Assembly: GCA_051866635.1 (NCBI GenBank)
Contig: JBJDXJ010000001.1
Location: forward strand, 1 to 64,000
From: Clostridia bacterium
GTDB lineage: Bacteria > Bacillota > Clostridia > UMGS1883
Reading direction: 5' to 3'
DNA length: 64,000 bases
Shown piece by piece: positions 19,055 to 28,562 of this stretch. The position numbers were made by a program, and so were the translations under genes. Position 1 is the stretch's first letter; every line of letters begins with the position of its first letter. The notes below the pieces were generated by a model. That model had not been told where the DNA came from, made no database searches, and saw only the letters and a list, made by a program, of their open reading frames with translations.

Positions 19055-19213
19055 AATTGAATATTCAAACATTTCGTAATGAAGTCTTGTTCCTATATCG
19101 GTTCCCAAAGGCAAAAGTGCCAATGCAATAAAAATTTCATTGCCCATTTCCAAATCTTCAAGGTAGGCATACTCACCTTCGATTTTTGTTACCACATAAT
19201 CCTTCGGTTCCAT
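19049..19213 (-). CDS. 54-aa hypothetical protein translationally coupled to glmM
   Basis: Not in ORF track. TAATG overlap with the glmM stop, GAGGAG upstream; MEPKDYVVTKIEGEYAYLEDLEMGNEIFIALALLPLGTDIGTRLHYEMFEYSIA. Confidence 0.7.
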   Translation of the reverse strand: MEPKDYVVTKIEGEYAYLEDLEMGNEIFIALALLPLGTDIGTRLHYEMFEYSIA

Positions 19214-20562
19214 TAAGACAATCTCTCCTCAATAAGCTTTGCCAATTCCTCAGCATCGCGGTCAATTTCCTCTTGATTTTTGCCTTCAATCATAACTCTT
19301 ACCAAAGGTTCTGTGCCTGAAGGACGGATTAAAACCCTGCCTTCGCCCGAAAACTTTTCTTCAAGTCTTTTAATGGCACACATAATAACTTCGTCTTCTG
19401 AATATGTATTGTCACCGCTTTTTGCAACTTTGGCATTTTTAAGAACCTGAGGGAAAATTTCGATTATACCTGTAAGTTCAGAAAGCATCTTACCTTCTTC
19501 GCACATAACGGAAGCAAGGTTTACTGCACTTATCAAACCGTCACCTGTTGTATTGTGGTCAAGGAAAATAACGTGACCTGACTGCTCGCCTCCGATTGAA
19601 TGACCGCTTTTCAGCATCTCTTCAAGGACATATCTGTCCCCCACCTTTGTCTTAAGAACATTTATCTCATTCTTTTCACCCATAATGAAAAGGCCAAGGT
19701 TACTCATTATTGTTGCAACGAGTGTATTGTTCTTAAGTGTGCCTTTCTTTTTCATATTGTTGGCACATATTGCCATAATGGCATCACCGTCTACAACATT
19801 TCCCTTTTCGTCAACTGCAAGCATTCTGTCTGCATCACCGTCAAACGCAAAACCTGCATCTGCACCAAGCTCTACCACCTTTTTACAAAGGTTTTCCATA
19901 TGTGTTGAACCGCAATTGTCATTTATGTTAATGCCATCAGGTGCATCGGAAATAACTTCTACCCTTGCACCCAAAGCTTCAAAGGCTTTCTTTGAGGTTT
20001 TATAAGATGCACCGTTTGCACAGTCAAGAACGAAGAATTTGCCGTCAAGTCTTTCTTTTGCAGTGCTTACCGCTTTTTCAATGTATTCTTCTATCTTTTC
20101 AGAATAATCATAAACACATCCCACATTTTCACCTACAGGTGCCGGAATACCGTCCTTTTCGCCAAGTATGTATGCTTCAATTTCGTTTTCAACATCGTCG
20201 GGAAGTTTATAACCTGTCTTGTCAAAAAATTTAATGCCGTTAAATTCAAAGCTGTTATGTGATGCACTTACAACAATACCTGCATCAAAGCCGTGCTTTT
20301 TTACAAGGTATGCCACAGCCGGAGTTGGTGCAACACCTAAAAGGTACACATCAGCACCAACGGAGGTAATGCCTGCAACCAAGGCCGACTCAAGCATTTG
20401 CCCTGAAATTCTCGTATCTCTGCCGATTAAGATTTTAACTTTATGTTCTGCGCCTCGGCTTAACACATAAGCCCCGCTTTTTCCTATTTTTGTAGCCAAC
20501 TCGCTTGTGAGGTCCTTATTTGCTACCCCTCTAACGCCGTCTGTACCAAATAATCTTCCCAT
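19213..20562 (-). CDS. glmM: Phosphoglucosamine mutase
   Basis: LFGTDGVRG, SASHN, DGDADR, GGEQSGH, RPSGTEP. Confidence 0.97.
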   Translation of the reverse strand: MGRLFGTDGVRGVANKDLTSELATKIGKSGAYVLSRGAEHKVKILIGRDTRISGQMLESALVAGITSVGADVYLLGVAPTPAVAYLVKKHGFDAGIVVSASHNSFEFNGIKFFDKTGYKLPDDVENEIEAYILGEKDGIPAPVGENVGCVYDYSEKIEEYIEKAVSTAKERLDGKFFVLDCANGASYKTSKKAFEALGARVEVISDAPDGININDNCGSTHMENLCKKVVELGADAGFAFDGDADRMLAVDEKGNVVDGDAIMAICANNMKKKGTLKNNTLVATIMSNLGLFIMGEKNEINVLKTKVGDRYVLEEMLKSGHSIGGEQSGHVIFLDHNTTGDGLISAVNLASVMCEEGKMLSELTGIIEIFPQVLKNAKVAKSGDNTYSEDEVIMCAIKRLEEKFSGEGRVLIRPSGTEPLVRVMIEGKNQEEIDRDAEELAKLIEERLS

Positions 20563-20580
20563 AAAACCATCCTTCTTTAC

Positions 20581-22650
20581 TTAATTTTTCTTTGCGCCTA
20601 AAAAATATCCTCTTGTAAACTTCTTAGGAGTTACCGCCTCAGTCTTTCCTTTGTACATATCAATAATATTTTTAACCCTTTCCTTATCTTCATCGGTAAA
20701 AACTAATCTTAAATATGAGGCACTTAAGTTCTTCAGCACATCAATCTTATCTGCCATAAAAGTAACTGATGTATTATAAATCATATTTATATGCTCGTAT
20801 TTATCGGAATATACCAAAAATTGAGCCCTCGTTTTGTCTGTAAGCTTAAGAGGTCTGTCACAGTCGCATTTACCACGTATACCCTTTATTATACAAGCAC
20901 GGGTTGTCATCATCATCTGACGGCCATAGCATATTACTTCACATTTTTCATTTGTTCTCTCACAAATGCTTTTAATTTCGTCCTTATCAAGCTCAGGCGA
21001 AAGAGTAATATGTTTTATGCCCATTTTTCCATATTCATTGGCACTTATATAATTTGTAATATTAAGCCCATAATCACCTATACATTCAAATCCTTCGTCA
21101 ATCAAAGCCTTAGCTATACCAACAGTTGATGCAGTAACCTTTTTCGCATTTGCCGCCTTAAGCCTTTTTAAATATGCGTTTATATCGTAAGTCACTTTAG
21201 GAAGAATAACAACATATTCTTCCTTTTTGTCGCTTTTTTCAAAAAGTTCAAGAGGCATGTATATCAAATCTGCACCATTGGATGCAGAAAGCTGTTCTGA
21301 ATTCATGACGCTTACGGATATTTTATATCCGTCCTTTTTATACTTACCAGTATTATAGTTAAACTTATGCACTTCTCTGTATGCAATTTCCCGGCGAAGT
21401 TTACTCAGCTCTTCACCGCAGTCACGCCTTAAGGCGTTAATATCTTTTGCGGAAAGTGTCACTCCCCGGTCTATTTCGCAATAAAATTCCCTAAGATTAT
21501 AAGGTGTCTGCCCCAGCTTTCCGATACGCTCCTTTGCACTTTGGGCATCAAGAGGTTTATTCAGTGCCTTTTCGGAAGTAGGACCGTATGCCACTGCAGT
21601 ATGTTCACCGTCTGTAAATGTAAGGCAGGCAGGCTCGTCCTTCTTTAAAGAAAAGAAGGCGTCAATATCTATCTTTTTATTCTCAACACCGTCACGGTAA
21701 CTTTGAGACGCTCTTTTTACAACATCTTTATCGCTTTTGTTTGAAATATTGTCATTTGACAATTTATAATTCATCATTTCAGGCGTATTGACGTTTGCAA
21801 AATACGCCTTTGTAAAACCGTCACCACGAACGAATATTTTTTTCAGTTCTTCAATATCTTCACTTGATACACGTTTTGGATTGTCAAGATACTTTCTGTA
21901 AATGCCAGTAACTGTTGCAACGTATTCAGGGCTTTTCATTCTGCCCTCAATCTTCAGTGAGTCAACACCAATTTCCTCCAAGGACTTAATTTCCTCCAAA
22001 AGGCACAAGTCTCTTGGGCTTAAAAAATATCCTTTTTTACCTTCTGCAAAATACTCCTGTCTGCAGGGTTGGGCACATCTGCCCCTATTTCCGCTTCTGC
22101 CGCCGATAAAAGAGGAAAAAAGACACTGACCCGACACACCTACACACAAAGCACCGTGGACAAAAACCTCAAGGGAAGCCTTTGTGTTTTTATAAATTTT
22201 TGCAATTTCATCTTTTTGTAATTCTCGTGCAAGAACAACTCTTGAAAATCCCCTTTCCAAAAGTGCAACAACGTCCTTTTCGTTATGGGCACTCATCTGT
22301 GTGCTTGCGTGAATGGGCATTTTCGGGCAAACAGATTTTGCAATTTCAGCCCCGCCAAAGTCCTGAATTATAAGGGCATCAACGCCACAATTTAAAGAAG
22401 TTTCCACACTTTTCTCAAACAAAGAGATTTCATTATTTTTCAAAAGGGTATTCAGTGCTAAAAACACCTTCACTCCCCGTTCGTGGGCATATGCCACAGC
22501 ATCCTTTAAATCATCATCGAAAAAATTTTCTGCACTTTTTCTTGCGCTGAAATTTTTCTCGCCCAGATAAACTGCATCGGCACCGTTTTGTACAGCGGCA
22601 CGCAAGGCTTCAAAGCCTCCTGCCGGAGACAAAAGTTCAATTTCTCTCAT
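20581..22650 (-). CDS. Peptidase U32 family protein with DUF3656-like region (RlhA-like RNA hydroxylase)
   Basis: ELLSPAG, GADAVY, HASTQ, FVHGALC..SGQC, SGNRGRCAQPCR, SLKIEGRMK. Confidence 0.88.
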   Translation of the reverse strand: MREIELLSPAGGFEALRAAVQNGADAVYLGEKNFSARKSAENFFDDDLKDAVAYAHERGVKVFLALNTLLKNNEISLFEKSVETSLNCGVDALIIQDFGGAEIAKSVCPKMPIHASTQMSAHNEKDVVALLERGFSRVVLARELQKDEIAKIYKNTKASLEVFVHGALCVGVSGQCLFSSFIGGRSGNRGRCAQPCRQEYFAEGKKGYFLSPRDLCLLEEIKSLEEIGVDSLKIEGRMKSPEYVATVTGIYRKYLDNPKRVSSEDIEELKKIFVRGDGFTKAYFANVNTPEMMNYKLSNDNISNKSDKDVVKRASQSYRDGVENKKIDIDAFFSLKKDEPACLTFTDGEHTAVAYGPTSEKALNKPLDAQSAKERIGKLGQTPYNLREFYCEIDRGVTLSAKDINALRRDCGEELSKLRREIAYREVHKFNYNTGKYKKDGYKISVSVMNSEQLSASNGADLIYMPLELFEKSDKKEEYVVILPKVTYDINAYLKRLKAANAKKVTASTVGIAKALIDEGFECIGDYGLNITNYISANEYGKMGIKHITLSPELDKDEIKSICERTNEKCEVICYGRQMMMTTRACIIKGIRGKCDCDRPLKLTDKTRAQFLVYSDKYEHINMIYNTSVTFMADKIDVLKNLSASYLRLVFTDEDKERVKNIIDMYKGKTEAVTPKKFTRGYFLGAKKN

Positions 22651-23042
22651 TATCGTGTATTCCTCTTAAACTGCTTAAGCTCTGTGTCCAATCTTGCATT
22701 GTGAAGCTGAAGATTTCTGTTTTCTTCCATAAGACGCTTATTTTCTGCTTTAAGTTTCTGATTTTCGCTCTTTAAGCTACCTGCCTCATCAGCATAGCTT
22801 AAAAGCTGACCTCGAAGTGTTTCGCAATCTTCCCGTACACGGAAATAATCATCGGCAACATTAACGGCTGTAAGTACTGCTGCCATAGCTGTGGAAAGCC
22901 TTTTATCAGCTTTTGACAACTCTTCAAGTTTTTTGTCAACATAATATGCAATATGTCTTACATATTCCTCCTCTGCGGTAGAGGATATTATATATTCAAC
23001 ACCGCCGATTTTAACCTTTGTTGTAATTCGCTATTCATCCAT
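22650..23042 (-). pseudogene. zapA: Cell division protein ZapA interrupted by an in-frame TAG at codon 4 (mutation or base-call error)
   Basis: AGGAGG RBS, then ATG GAT GAA TAG CGA ATT...: MDE*RITTKVKIGGVEYIISSTAEEEYVRHIAYYVDKKL..AAVLTAVNVADDY, in frame with ORF 22650-22919. Confidence 0.8.
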
Positions 23043-23868
23043 TGTAGTTACCTCCTAAATCTTCTGCAATCGGTTTCTCATGCCTTTTTCTGTACATATA
23101 CAAAAATATGGCTAATGATATAACCGTCATCATAAGCCCTATGACAAACAGCGTCACAAGGTCATCATCACTTCGTATTTCCAAAATCACACTGCAATTA
23201 AAGAAAATATGACCTAAGCTTACAATGGCAATGTTTTTTGTCTTATGGTATAAAACGCCTAAAATAACACCGTACACAACAGCAAAAACTGCCTGAGTCA
23301 GAACACCGTGGGCTATGCCGAAAAATATTGCCTGCAACACAATTGCCACATATGCGTTCATCACATTACTAAATTCACGTAAAACTAAACCACGGAATAG
23401 TATTTCCTCAAATATGGGGCCAACTATGCAGATAGACAGCATAAGTGCCAACATCATAGGCATAGTCATTGTGGTAAAGTCCTGATTCAATGCCTCCGCA
23501 TCTTCCAAGGATTTCGACAAAACAGGAACAGTTTCTGCCCACCTTAAGTAAACACCTGTCAGAATTCTGAAGCCTATAGCGAGCGAAAACGCCACCGCTA
23601 CATCCAACAGTGCAACACGTCTTACTTTTATAACCTTGTTAAACTTCTGGTCCCGTAAGTACATTATAACGGCATATATTCCCAAGGAAAAAAGTGCTGC
23701 AACAAGTGTTACAAAGCCGCTGTAATTTACCCCGTCACCCTCCAGATACTCCGCTTCTATAAAAAGGCAGGACTGTGCAATAAGATATATTGCTATGTAA
23801 AGTAACCCGAAGGTTACTCCTTTAATTTTTAGGGCTATTTTTTCTTTCAATGCACTACTCCCTTTCAT
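23035..23868 (-). CDS. CPBP (CAAX/Abi) family intramembrane metalloprotease
   Basis: GPIFEEILFRG, FGIAH, GHIFFN; multiple TM segments. Confidence 0.9.
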   Translation of the reverse strand: MKGSSALKEKIALKIKGVTFGLLYIAIYLIAQSCLFIEAEYLEGDGVNYSGFVTLVAALFSLGIYAVIMYLRDQKFNKVIKVRRVALLDVAVAFSLAIGFRILTGVYLRWAETVPVLSKSLEDAEALNQDFTTMTMPMMLALMLSICIVGPIFEEILFRGLVLREFSNVMNAYVAIVLQAIFFGIAHGVLTQAVFAVVYGVILGVLYHKTKNIAIVSLGHIFFNCSVILEIRSDDDLVTLFVIGLMMTVISLAIFLYMYRKRHEKPIAEDLGGNYNG

Positions 23869-24800
23869 TAAAAGCCTATATCCCTGAGCTGACCTTTCAT
23901 TATCTCCGCACTTTTTTCAAGGCCTTCCTTTTCCTCCTTTGAGAGGGGCAGTTCAATGACCTTTCCTGCACCCATGCCGCCCACTATTGTGGGGATAGAA
24001 ATTGCAACATCATTTAAAGAGTATTCGCCTTCCATAACCTTTGACACTGTCAATACAGACTTTTCATCACCTGTTATTGCTTCGCAAATTCTTGAAACAG
24101 CCAACGCAATTGCATAGTATGTTGCACCCTTTTTGTCAATTACATCATAGGCAGCTTCCCTTACCTTTTGGGGTATTTCATAAATGTCAACACATTCATG
24201 TGTTTTTGCAAACTCCTCAATCCTAAGACCTGCAATGCTTGTTGCACTCCATACAGGCACAGAGCTGTCGCCGTGTTCGCCTATAACATAGGTATGGATA
24301 TTTCTCATATCTATATCGGCACATTTACCTAAAAGATATTTCATTCTTGATGTATCAAGAACAGTACCTGAACCGAAAACTCTGCTCTTGTCATAGCCAA
24401 GCATCTTCCATGTCATATAAGTTAATACGTCAACAGGGTTTGATACCACCATAACCAAGGGTTCGCCCTTTGCATTTTCCTTAATTTTATCGGTAATGCT
24501 TTTAAATACAACGGCGTTCCTCTCTAAAAGCTCACGCCTTGTTTCGCCCTTTTTCTGACCCACACCTGCAGTAATAACAATCATGTCTGCATCCTTGCAT
24601 AAGTCATAACCGCCCGAGGTAATGCTTACCGGTTTTACAAAGCTCACGCCATGGCTTATATCTGCCGCATCACCTTCAGCCTTGTCAACGTCAATATCAA
24701 TTAACCCGATATCGTCAAAAATACCTTTTGCCGCCAATGTATATGCAATGGTACTGCCTACAAAACCGCTTCCTATTACAACAGCTTTCTCTCTTTTCAT
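23868..24800 (-). CDS. ldh: L-lactate dehydrogenase
   Basis: GSGFVG, TAGVGQKKGETR, SNPVD, GSGTVLDTSR, GEHGDS, KGATYY. Confidence 0.95.
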   Translation of the reverse strand: MKREKAVVIGSGFVGSTIAYTLAAKGIFDDIGLIDIDVDKAEGDAADISHGVSFVKPVSITSGGYDLCKDADMIVITAGVGQKKGETRRELLERNAVVFKSITDKIKENAKGEPLVMVVSNPVDVLTYMTWKMLGYDKSRVFGSGTVLDTSRMKYLLGKCADIDMRNIHTYVIGEHGDSSVPVWSATSIAGLRIEEFAKTHECVDIYEIPQKVREAAYDVIDKKGATYYAIALAVSRICEAITGDEKSVLTVSKVMEGEYSLNDVAISIPTIVGGMGAGKVIELPLSKEEKEGLEKSAEIMKGQLRDIGF

Positions 24801-24937
24801 TTATACTCCACCCTTCCAATACATTTTTATATTGCTTTATAAAAAGTTTCTAACATACAACCATACTATTTTATTGTAGCACACCTACTTTCTTTTTTCA
24901 ACCAATTATTGTGTTTTTCCCGTAAAAAATGAATCTT

Positions 24938-25294
24938 TCATCTTTTCATCTTTGGCTTAGATACTAAAGCCGCCAGAAGTGCAAAAACTATTACCGCACC
25001 AAGTCCCCCTGCCGCCGCAGTTAACTGTCCTGTCAGAAGACCTAAAATCCCGTTATCCTCAATGCCTTGTTTCACACCGGTGAAAAGGTTATGACCAAAG
25101 CCTGTAAGTGGCACGGTTGCACCGGCACCTGCTATTTCAACCAAATAGTCATACACACCAATAAGTGACAAAAACACCCCTGCACACACGAATCCTGTAA
25201 GTATCCTCGCAGGGGTAAGTTTTGTTTTGTCAATTAAAATCTGCCCTATAGCACAGATTCCGCCACCAATTAAAAATGCCCATAAATAATCCAT
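24938..25294 (-). CDS. spoVAE: Stage V sporulation protein AE
   Basis: AFLIGGGICAIGQILIDKTKLTPARIL, AGAGATVPLTGFG; start at ATG 25294 with RBS AGGAGG. Confidence 0.92.
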   Translation of the reverse strand: MDYLWAFLIGGGICAIGQILIDKTKLTPARILTGFVCAGVFLSLIGVYDYLVEIAGAGATVPLTGFGHNLFTGVKQGIEDNGILGLLTGQLTAAAGGLGAVIVFALLAALVSKPKMKR

Positions 25295-25312
25295 AGAATC
25301 TCCTCCTAAGGT

Positions 25313-25341
25313 TATTTTGAGCATTTTAGAAATATATATAC
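25313..25341 (-). promoter_or_regulatory. Sigma-G-type promoter of spoVAE
   Basis: GTATA-N17-CAAAATA. Confidence 0.6.
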
Positions 25342-25364
25342 TTATTTTCAGACTGTAGATGAAC

Positions 25365-26294
25365 TTATTTTTTAGGTCTTGCCACAGGTGCAGCACTCTT
25401 TACATAGATAACAGGGCCTTCTTCTTCATACTCGGGTGAAAACTCGCTATGAATTTCACCTCTTACCCTAACGTAGCCGCCTTCTTCCAGCATTGAAGCC
25501 TTGTCGTATTTACAGACGTAGCCCAAAAACTGCATATCATCTTCACAGCAGGTCATAATCATGTTGCCTGCAAGAAAGTACCCTTCCCTGAAATAGTCGG
25601 GCTTTGCAACCTGTGCCACATATTCAACAGTTTTACCCTCGTAACGAGATGGGTTATCCATCATGTCTATATACCATACAACGTAGGAATCCTTGTCAAG
25701 TGAAAGAACTTCATCATTAAGATTATATGGTAAGTCTTCTTCAAGCATAATATCCATTATACCTTCCTCGTCACTTACATACATAATCTCCGCCTGTGGT
25801 GAACAACGCTTGATACTGTCTTTGTAAAACTTAAAATTATCATCACGGGTACAGCGGTTCATTACAACAGTTGTGGATGAACGGAGTTGGTCTGCAAATA
25901 TACTTTTCATGTTGTTAAAGTAGCTTTCAAAAGTAGTTGCATCAATAACAGTAATCTGTTCTACCAATCTCCATGTTCTTGGCATGGGAACAGAATATAA
26001 AGTCTGCATGCCCCAAACACCGTTATATTCAAAAATGACCATTGTGGGCTTGTACTTTTCATTAAGTTTACCGAAAACATCGCTGGTCACATTTTCCTTT
26101 TCATCTATTACATGCAAGTGGATATTTTCGGGAAGGGAGTCATATTCTACCTCTCCTTCTTCACAAACAACAATAACAACCCTTTCTTTTTGCATTTTAG
26201 GGTCACGTATAATTGCATTTTGTATGAAGGTTGTTTTACCGCTTTCCAAAAATCCGTTAATTATAAAAACTGGAACCTTCTTTTCACCGAACAT
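25365..26294 (-). CDS. CobW-like P-loop protein with a C-terminal TCC-motif (TIGR03943/DUF1980-like) domain
   Basis: NGFLESGKTT, CEEGEVEY, EYNGVW, MTCCEDD. Confidence 0.75.
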   Translation of the reverse strand: MFGEKKVPVFIINGFLESGKTTFIQNAIIRDPKMQKERVVIVVCEEGEVEYDSLPENIHLHVIDEKENVTSDVFGKLNEKYKPTMVIFEYNGVWGMQTLYSVPMPRTWRLVEQITVIDATTFESYFNNMKSIFADQLRSSTTVVMNRCTRDDNFKFYKDSIKRCSPQAEIMYVSDEEGIMDIMLEEDLPYNLNDEVLSLDKDSYVVWYIDMMDNPSRYEGKTVEYVAQVAKPDYFREGYFLAGNMIMTCCEDDMQFLGYVCKYDKASMLEEGGYVRVRGEIHSEFSPEYEEEGPVIYVKSAAPVARPKK

Positions 26295-26300
26295 TATTTA

Positions 26301-27491
26301 TCAGCCCTTTCTGAAAAGTGTAGCTAATTTTTCCTCGTTAAGATTGGCACCGATAACGCAAATTTTGCCCGTGTAACAGGGTGCACCCTCTCTTATATCA
26401 TGTTCTTCCGGTACATAGTCAAAGTATATCCAACCATTTTCTGACTGCACCATTCCCTTTGCACGGAGTATAGCACCGTATTCACCGCTGTCAAGAGCAT
26501 CAAGGATATTTTTAACTTCATCTTCACTATATTTCTTAACTGTTTCAAAGCCCCAGGAAGTAAAGGCTTCGTCTGCATGATGATGGTGGTGGTCATGGTC
26601 GTGACAGCCACATTCGCAGTTTTCGTCATGTTCATGATGATGTTCATGCTCTTCATGGTGGTAGTCGTGGTCGTGACAGCCACATTCGCAGTTTTCGTCA
26701 TGTTCATGATGATGCTCATGTTCTTCATGGTGGTGGTCGTGGTCGTGACAACCGCAATGCTCGCCATGGTCATGATGATGTTCATGTTCTTCATGATGAT
26801 GGTCGTGGTCGTGACAGTCGCAATGCTCGTCATGGTCGTGATGATGTTCATGCTCTTCATGAGCGTGCATTGCTTCATGGAGCAATTCTTCCTCCATCTT
26901 GCCCTTTTCAAAAGCTGACAAAATCTGTTCCTTTGACAATACATCAAGATGTGTTGTTATAACATTAACATCTTTATTTATGTCACGAATAATTTCAACT
27001 GCCTGCTCAATCTTTTCTTCGCTTGCTTTATCCGTTCTTGTGAGAAGCACACAATTTGAGTACAAAATCTGATCTTCATAGAATTCTCCGAAGTTCTTTC
27101 TGTACATTTTACACTTTGTGGCATCTGCAACGGTAATACAAGAATCAACCTTGATATTTTCGTCATTTGTGTTATTTACAGCCGCAATAACATCGCTGAG
27201 CTTACCTACACCTGAGGGTTCAATAATAATTCTGTCGGGAGAATAGGTTTTAACAGTTTCTTCAAGTGCCTTTGTAAAGTCACCAACAAGACTGCAACAT
27301 ATACAGCCTGAATTCATTTCGGTTATTTCAATGCCTGCATCCTGTAAAAAACCGCCGTCAACACCTATTTCGCCGAATTCGTTTTCAATTAAAACAAGTT
27401 TTTCTCCTTTGAAAACATCACTGATAAGTCTCTTTATAAAAGTTGTTTTACCGGCACCTAAAAATCCTGATATAATATTTACTTTTGTCAT
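26301..27491 (-). CDS. COG0523/CobW-family G3E GTPase metallochaperone with a His/Cys-rich insert
   Basis: SGFLGAGKTT, ENEFGEIGVDG, GCICC, IEPSGVG, CobW_C motif LRAKG. Confidence 0.92.
   Translation of the reverse strand: MTKVNIISGFLGAGKTTFIKRLISDVFKGEKLVLIENEFGEIGVDGGFLQDAGIEITEMNSGCICCSLVGDFTKALEETVKTYSPDRIIIEPSGVGKLSDVIAAVNNTNDENIKVDSCITVADATKCKMYRKNFGEFYEDQILYSNCVLLTRTDKASEEKIEQAVEIIRDINKDVNVITTHLDVLSKEQILSAFEKGKMEEELLHEAMHAHEEHEHHHDHDEHCDCHDHDHHHEEHEHHHDHGEHCGCHDHDHHHEEHEHHHEHDENCECGCHDHDYHHEEHEHHHEHDENCECGCHDHDHHHHHADEAFTSWGFETVKKYSEDEVKNILDALDSGEYGAILRAKGMVQSENGWIYFDYVPEEHDIREGAPCYTGKICVIGANLNEEKLATLFRKG
26575..26865 (-). repeat. Four tandem 66-72 bp units encoding HEEHEHHHxHxEx(CE)CxCHDHDxH
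   Basis: Units directly visible in both DNA and protein. Confidence 0.9.
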
Positions 27492-27522
27492 AAAATTGCC
27501 TCTTTTCATCAAGTTTTTTCTA

Positions 27523-27557
27523 AGTGATAATTATATCACTCAAATATTTTTTGTCAA
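27523..27557 (-). promoter_or_regulatory. Sigma-A promoter overlapped by a palindromic (Fur/Zur-like) operator
   Basis: TTGACA-N16-TATAAT; AGTGATA-TAAT-TATCACT palindrome at 27523-27540 covers the -10 box. Confidence 0.55.
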
Positions 27558-27588
27558 GTTCTTCACATAAATTGCCCTTTGAAATGGG

Positions 27589-28266
27589 TTACAGCACAAT
27601 TTCAACAGGTTTAAACTTTAAAAAATCTGCGGAAACTAAAATGTGGTTATCCTTTTTGGGAATATGGTTTAAAGCACTTTTTCCGTGCAGATGTCCGTAA
27701 ATGCAATATTTAACATCAAATTCCTCAAGTACGTCCAAAAAGCCGTCTTGTGGCGGATAATGCAGTGCCGCAATAAGCCCTTTAGGGTTTTGTGCCATAC
27801 CTTTCGTAAGTGACAGTCTTAATCTACCCAATTCCCTGTTATACATTTTTTCGTCACTTGTTTTAAAATCTTTATCCGAAGGTGTTATCCAGCCACGTGA
27901 TGCACATATTGCATAGTCTTTATACAAGTAAGTGCTGTTATGAATAAAATGTATATTGGTAAGATTATTTCTCTCTAAAAAAGCGTTCAGCTTAGTTTTT
28001 GTTTCCCACCAATAATCATGATTTCCCTTACTTATAAGTTTTACACCCGGCAGATTATTTATAAACTTAAAATCAGGCAAAGCATCTGTTACATAAGTTG
28101 CCCAGGAAAAATCACCGTTTATAATAACAACATCATTTTCAGTAACGGTCTTTTTCCATTCCTCTTCAATACGTTCTACATAATTATTCCAATTATTTCC
28201 AAAAACATCCATTGGTTTGAAATTTCCCAAGGGCAAGTGTAAATCACTTAATGCAAAAAGTGCCAC
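27589..28266 (-). CDS. Metallophosphoesterase (calcineurin-like)
   Basis: SDLH, GDFSW, KGNHDYWW, HYPP, YGHLH; probable GTG start at 28266. Confidence 0.9.
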   Translation of the reverse strand: MALFALSDLHLPLGNFKPMDVFGNNWNNYVERIEEEWKKTVTENDVVIINGDFSWATYVTDALPDFKFINNLPGVKLISKGNHDYWWETKTKLNAFLERNNLTNIHFIHNSTYLYKDYAICASRGWITPSDKDFKTSDEKMYNRELGRLRLSLTKGMAQNPKGLIAALHYPPQDGFLDVLEEFDVKYCIYGHLHGKSALNHIPKKDNHILVSADFLKFKPVEIVL

Positions 28267-28283
28267 ATTTCCACCACCTTTCA

Positions 28284-28312
28284 GAATATTTTTTAAAATA
28301 TGTGACACAATA
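28284..28312 (+). promoter_or_regulatory. Sigma-G-type promoter
   Basis: GAATA-N17-CACAATA upstream of the DUF1540 ORF. Confidence 0.55.
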
Positions 28313-28354
28313 ATTCTGAGCTGATTGCTCGAAATTATTTAAGGAGTGTCTTAA

Positions 28355-28516
28355 ATGGATAATAACAACATTATCAAAGGTATTACTTGCGAAGTAAACA
28401 CATGTCAGTACCACACACAGAACAATGAATGTTCCGCCGGTACAATCAAGGTAACACATTTCGGTGCCGACACTAAGGAACAGACAGACTGTTCAACATT
28501 TAAGAAAAAGCTTTAA
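28355..28516 (+). CDS. DUF1540 family small Cys-rich protein (53 aa)
   Basis: Not in ORF track. RBS AAGGAG; MDNNNIIKGITCEVNTCQYHTQNNECSAGTIKVTHFGADTKEQTDCSTFKKKL. Confidence 0.85.
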   Translation: MDNNNIIKGITCEVNTCQYHTQNNECSAGTIKVTHFGADTKEQTDCSTFKKKL

Positions 28517-28520
28517 AAGA

Positions 28521-28560
28521 ACCCCGGTTTCAATTTTCCGAAACCGGGATTTTTTTCTTT
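28521..28560. terminator. Bidirectional terminator between the DUF1540 ORF and thrC
   Basis: CCCGGTTTC/GAAACCGGG stem followed by a T-tract. Confidence 0.75.
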
Positions 28561-28562
28561 TT

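Noticed and set aside
18901-19131. Hydrophobic plus-strand ORF of 76 aa
   Set aside because: Antisense shadow of the N/Q/K-rich and 54-aa minus-strand ORFs; it starts inside a terminator and lacks an RBS.
26575-26865. Tandem repeat considered as a CRISPR array
   Set aside because: The units are contiguous coding repeats without unique spacers, and there are no cas genes.
26393-26947. Alternative-frame ORFs rich in Met/Val/Thr (26577-26918 +, 26393-26947 -)
   Set aside because: Shadow frames of the His-rich tandem repeat in the COG0523 gene; no RBS or independent signal.
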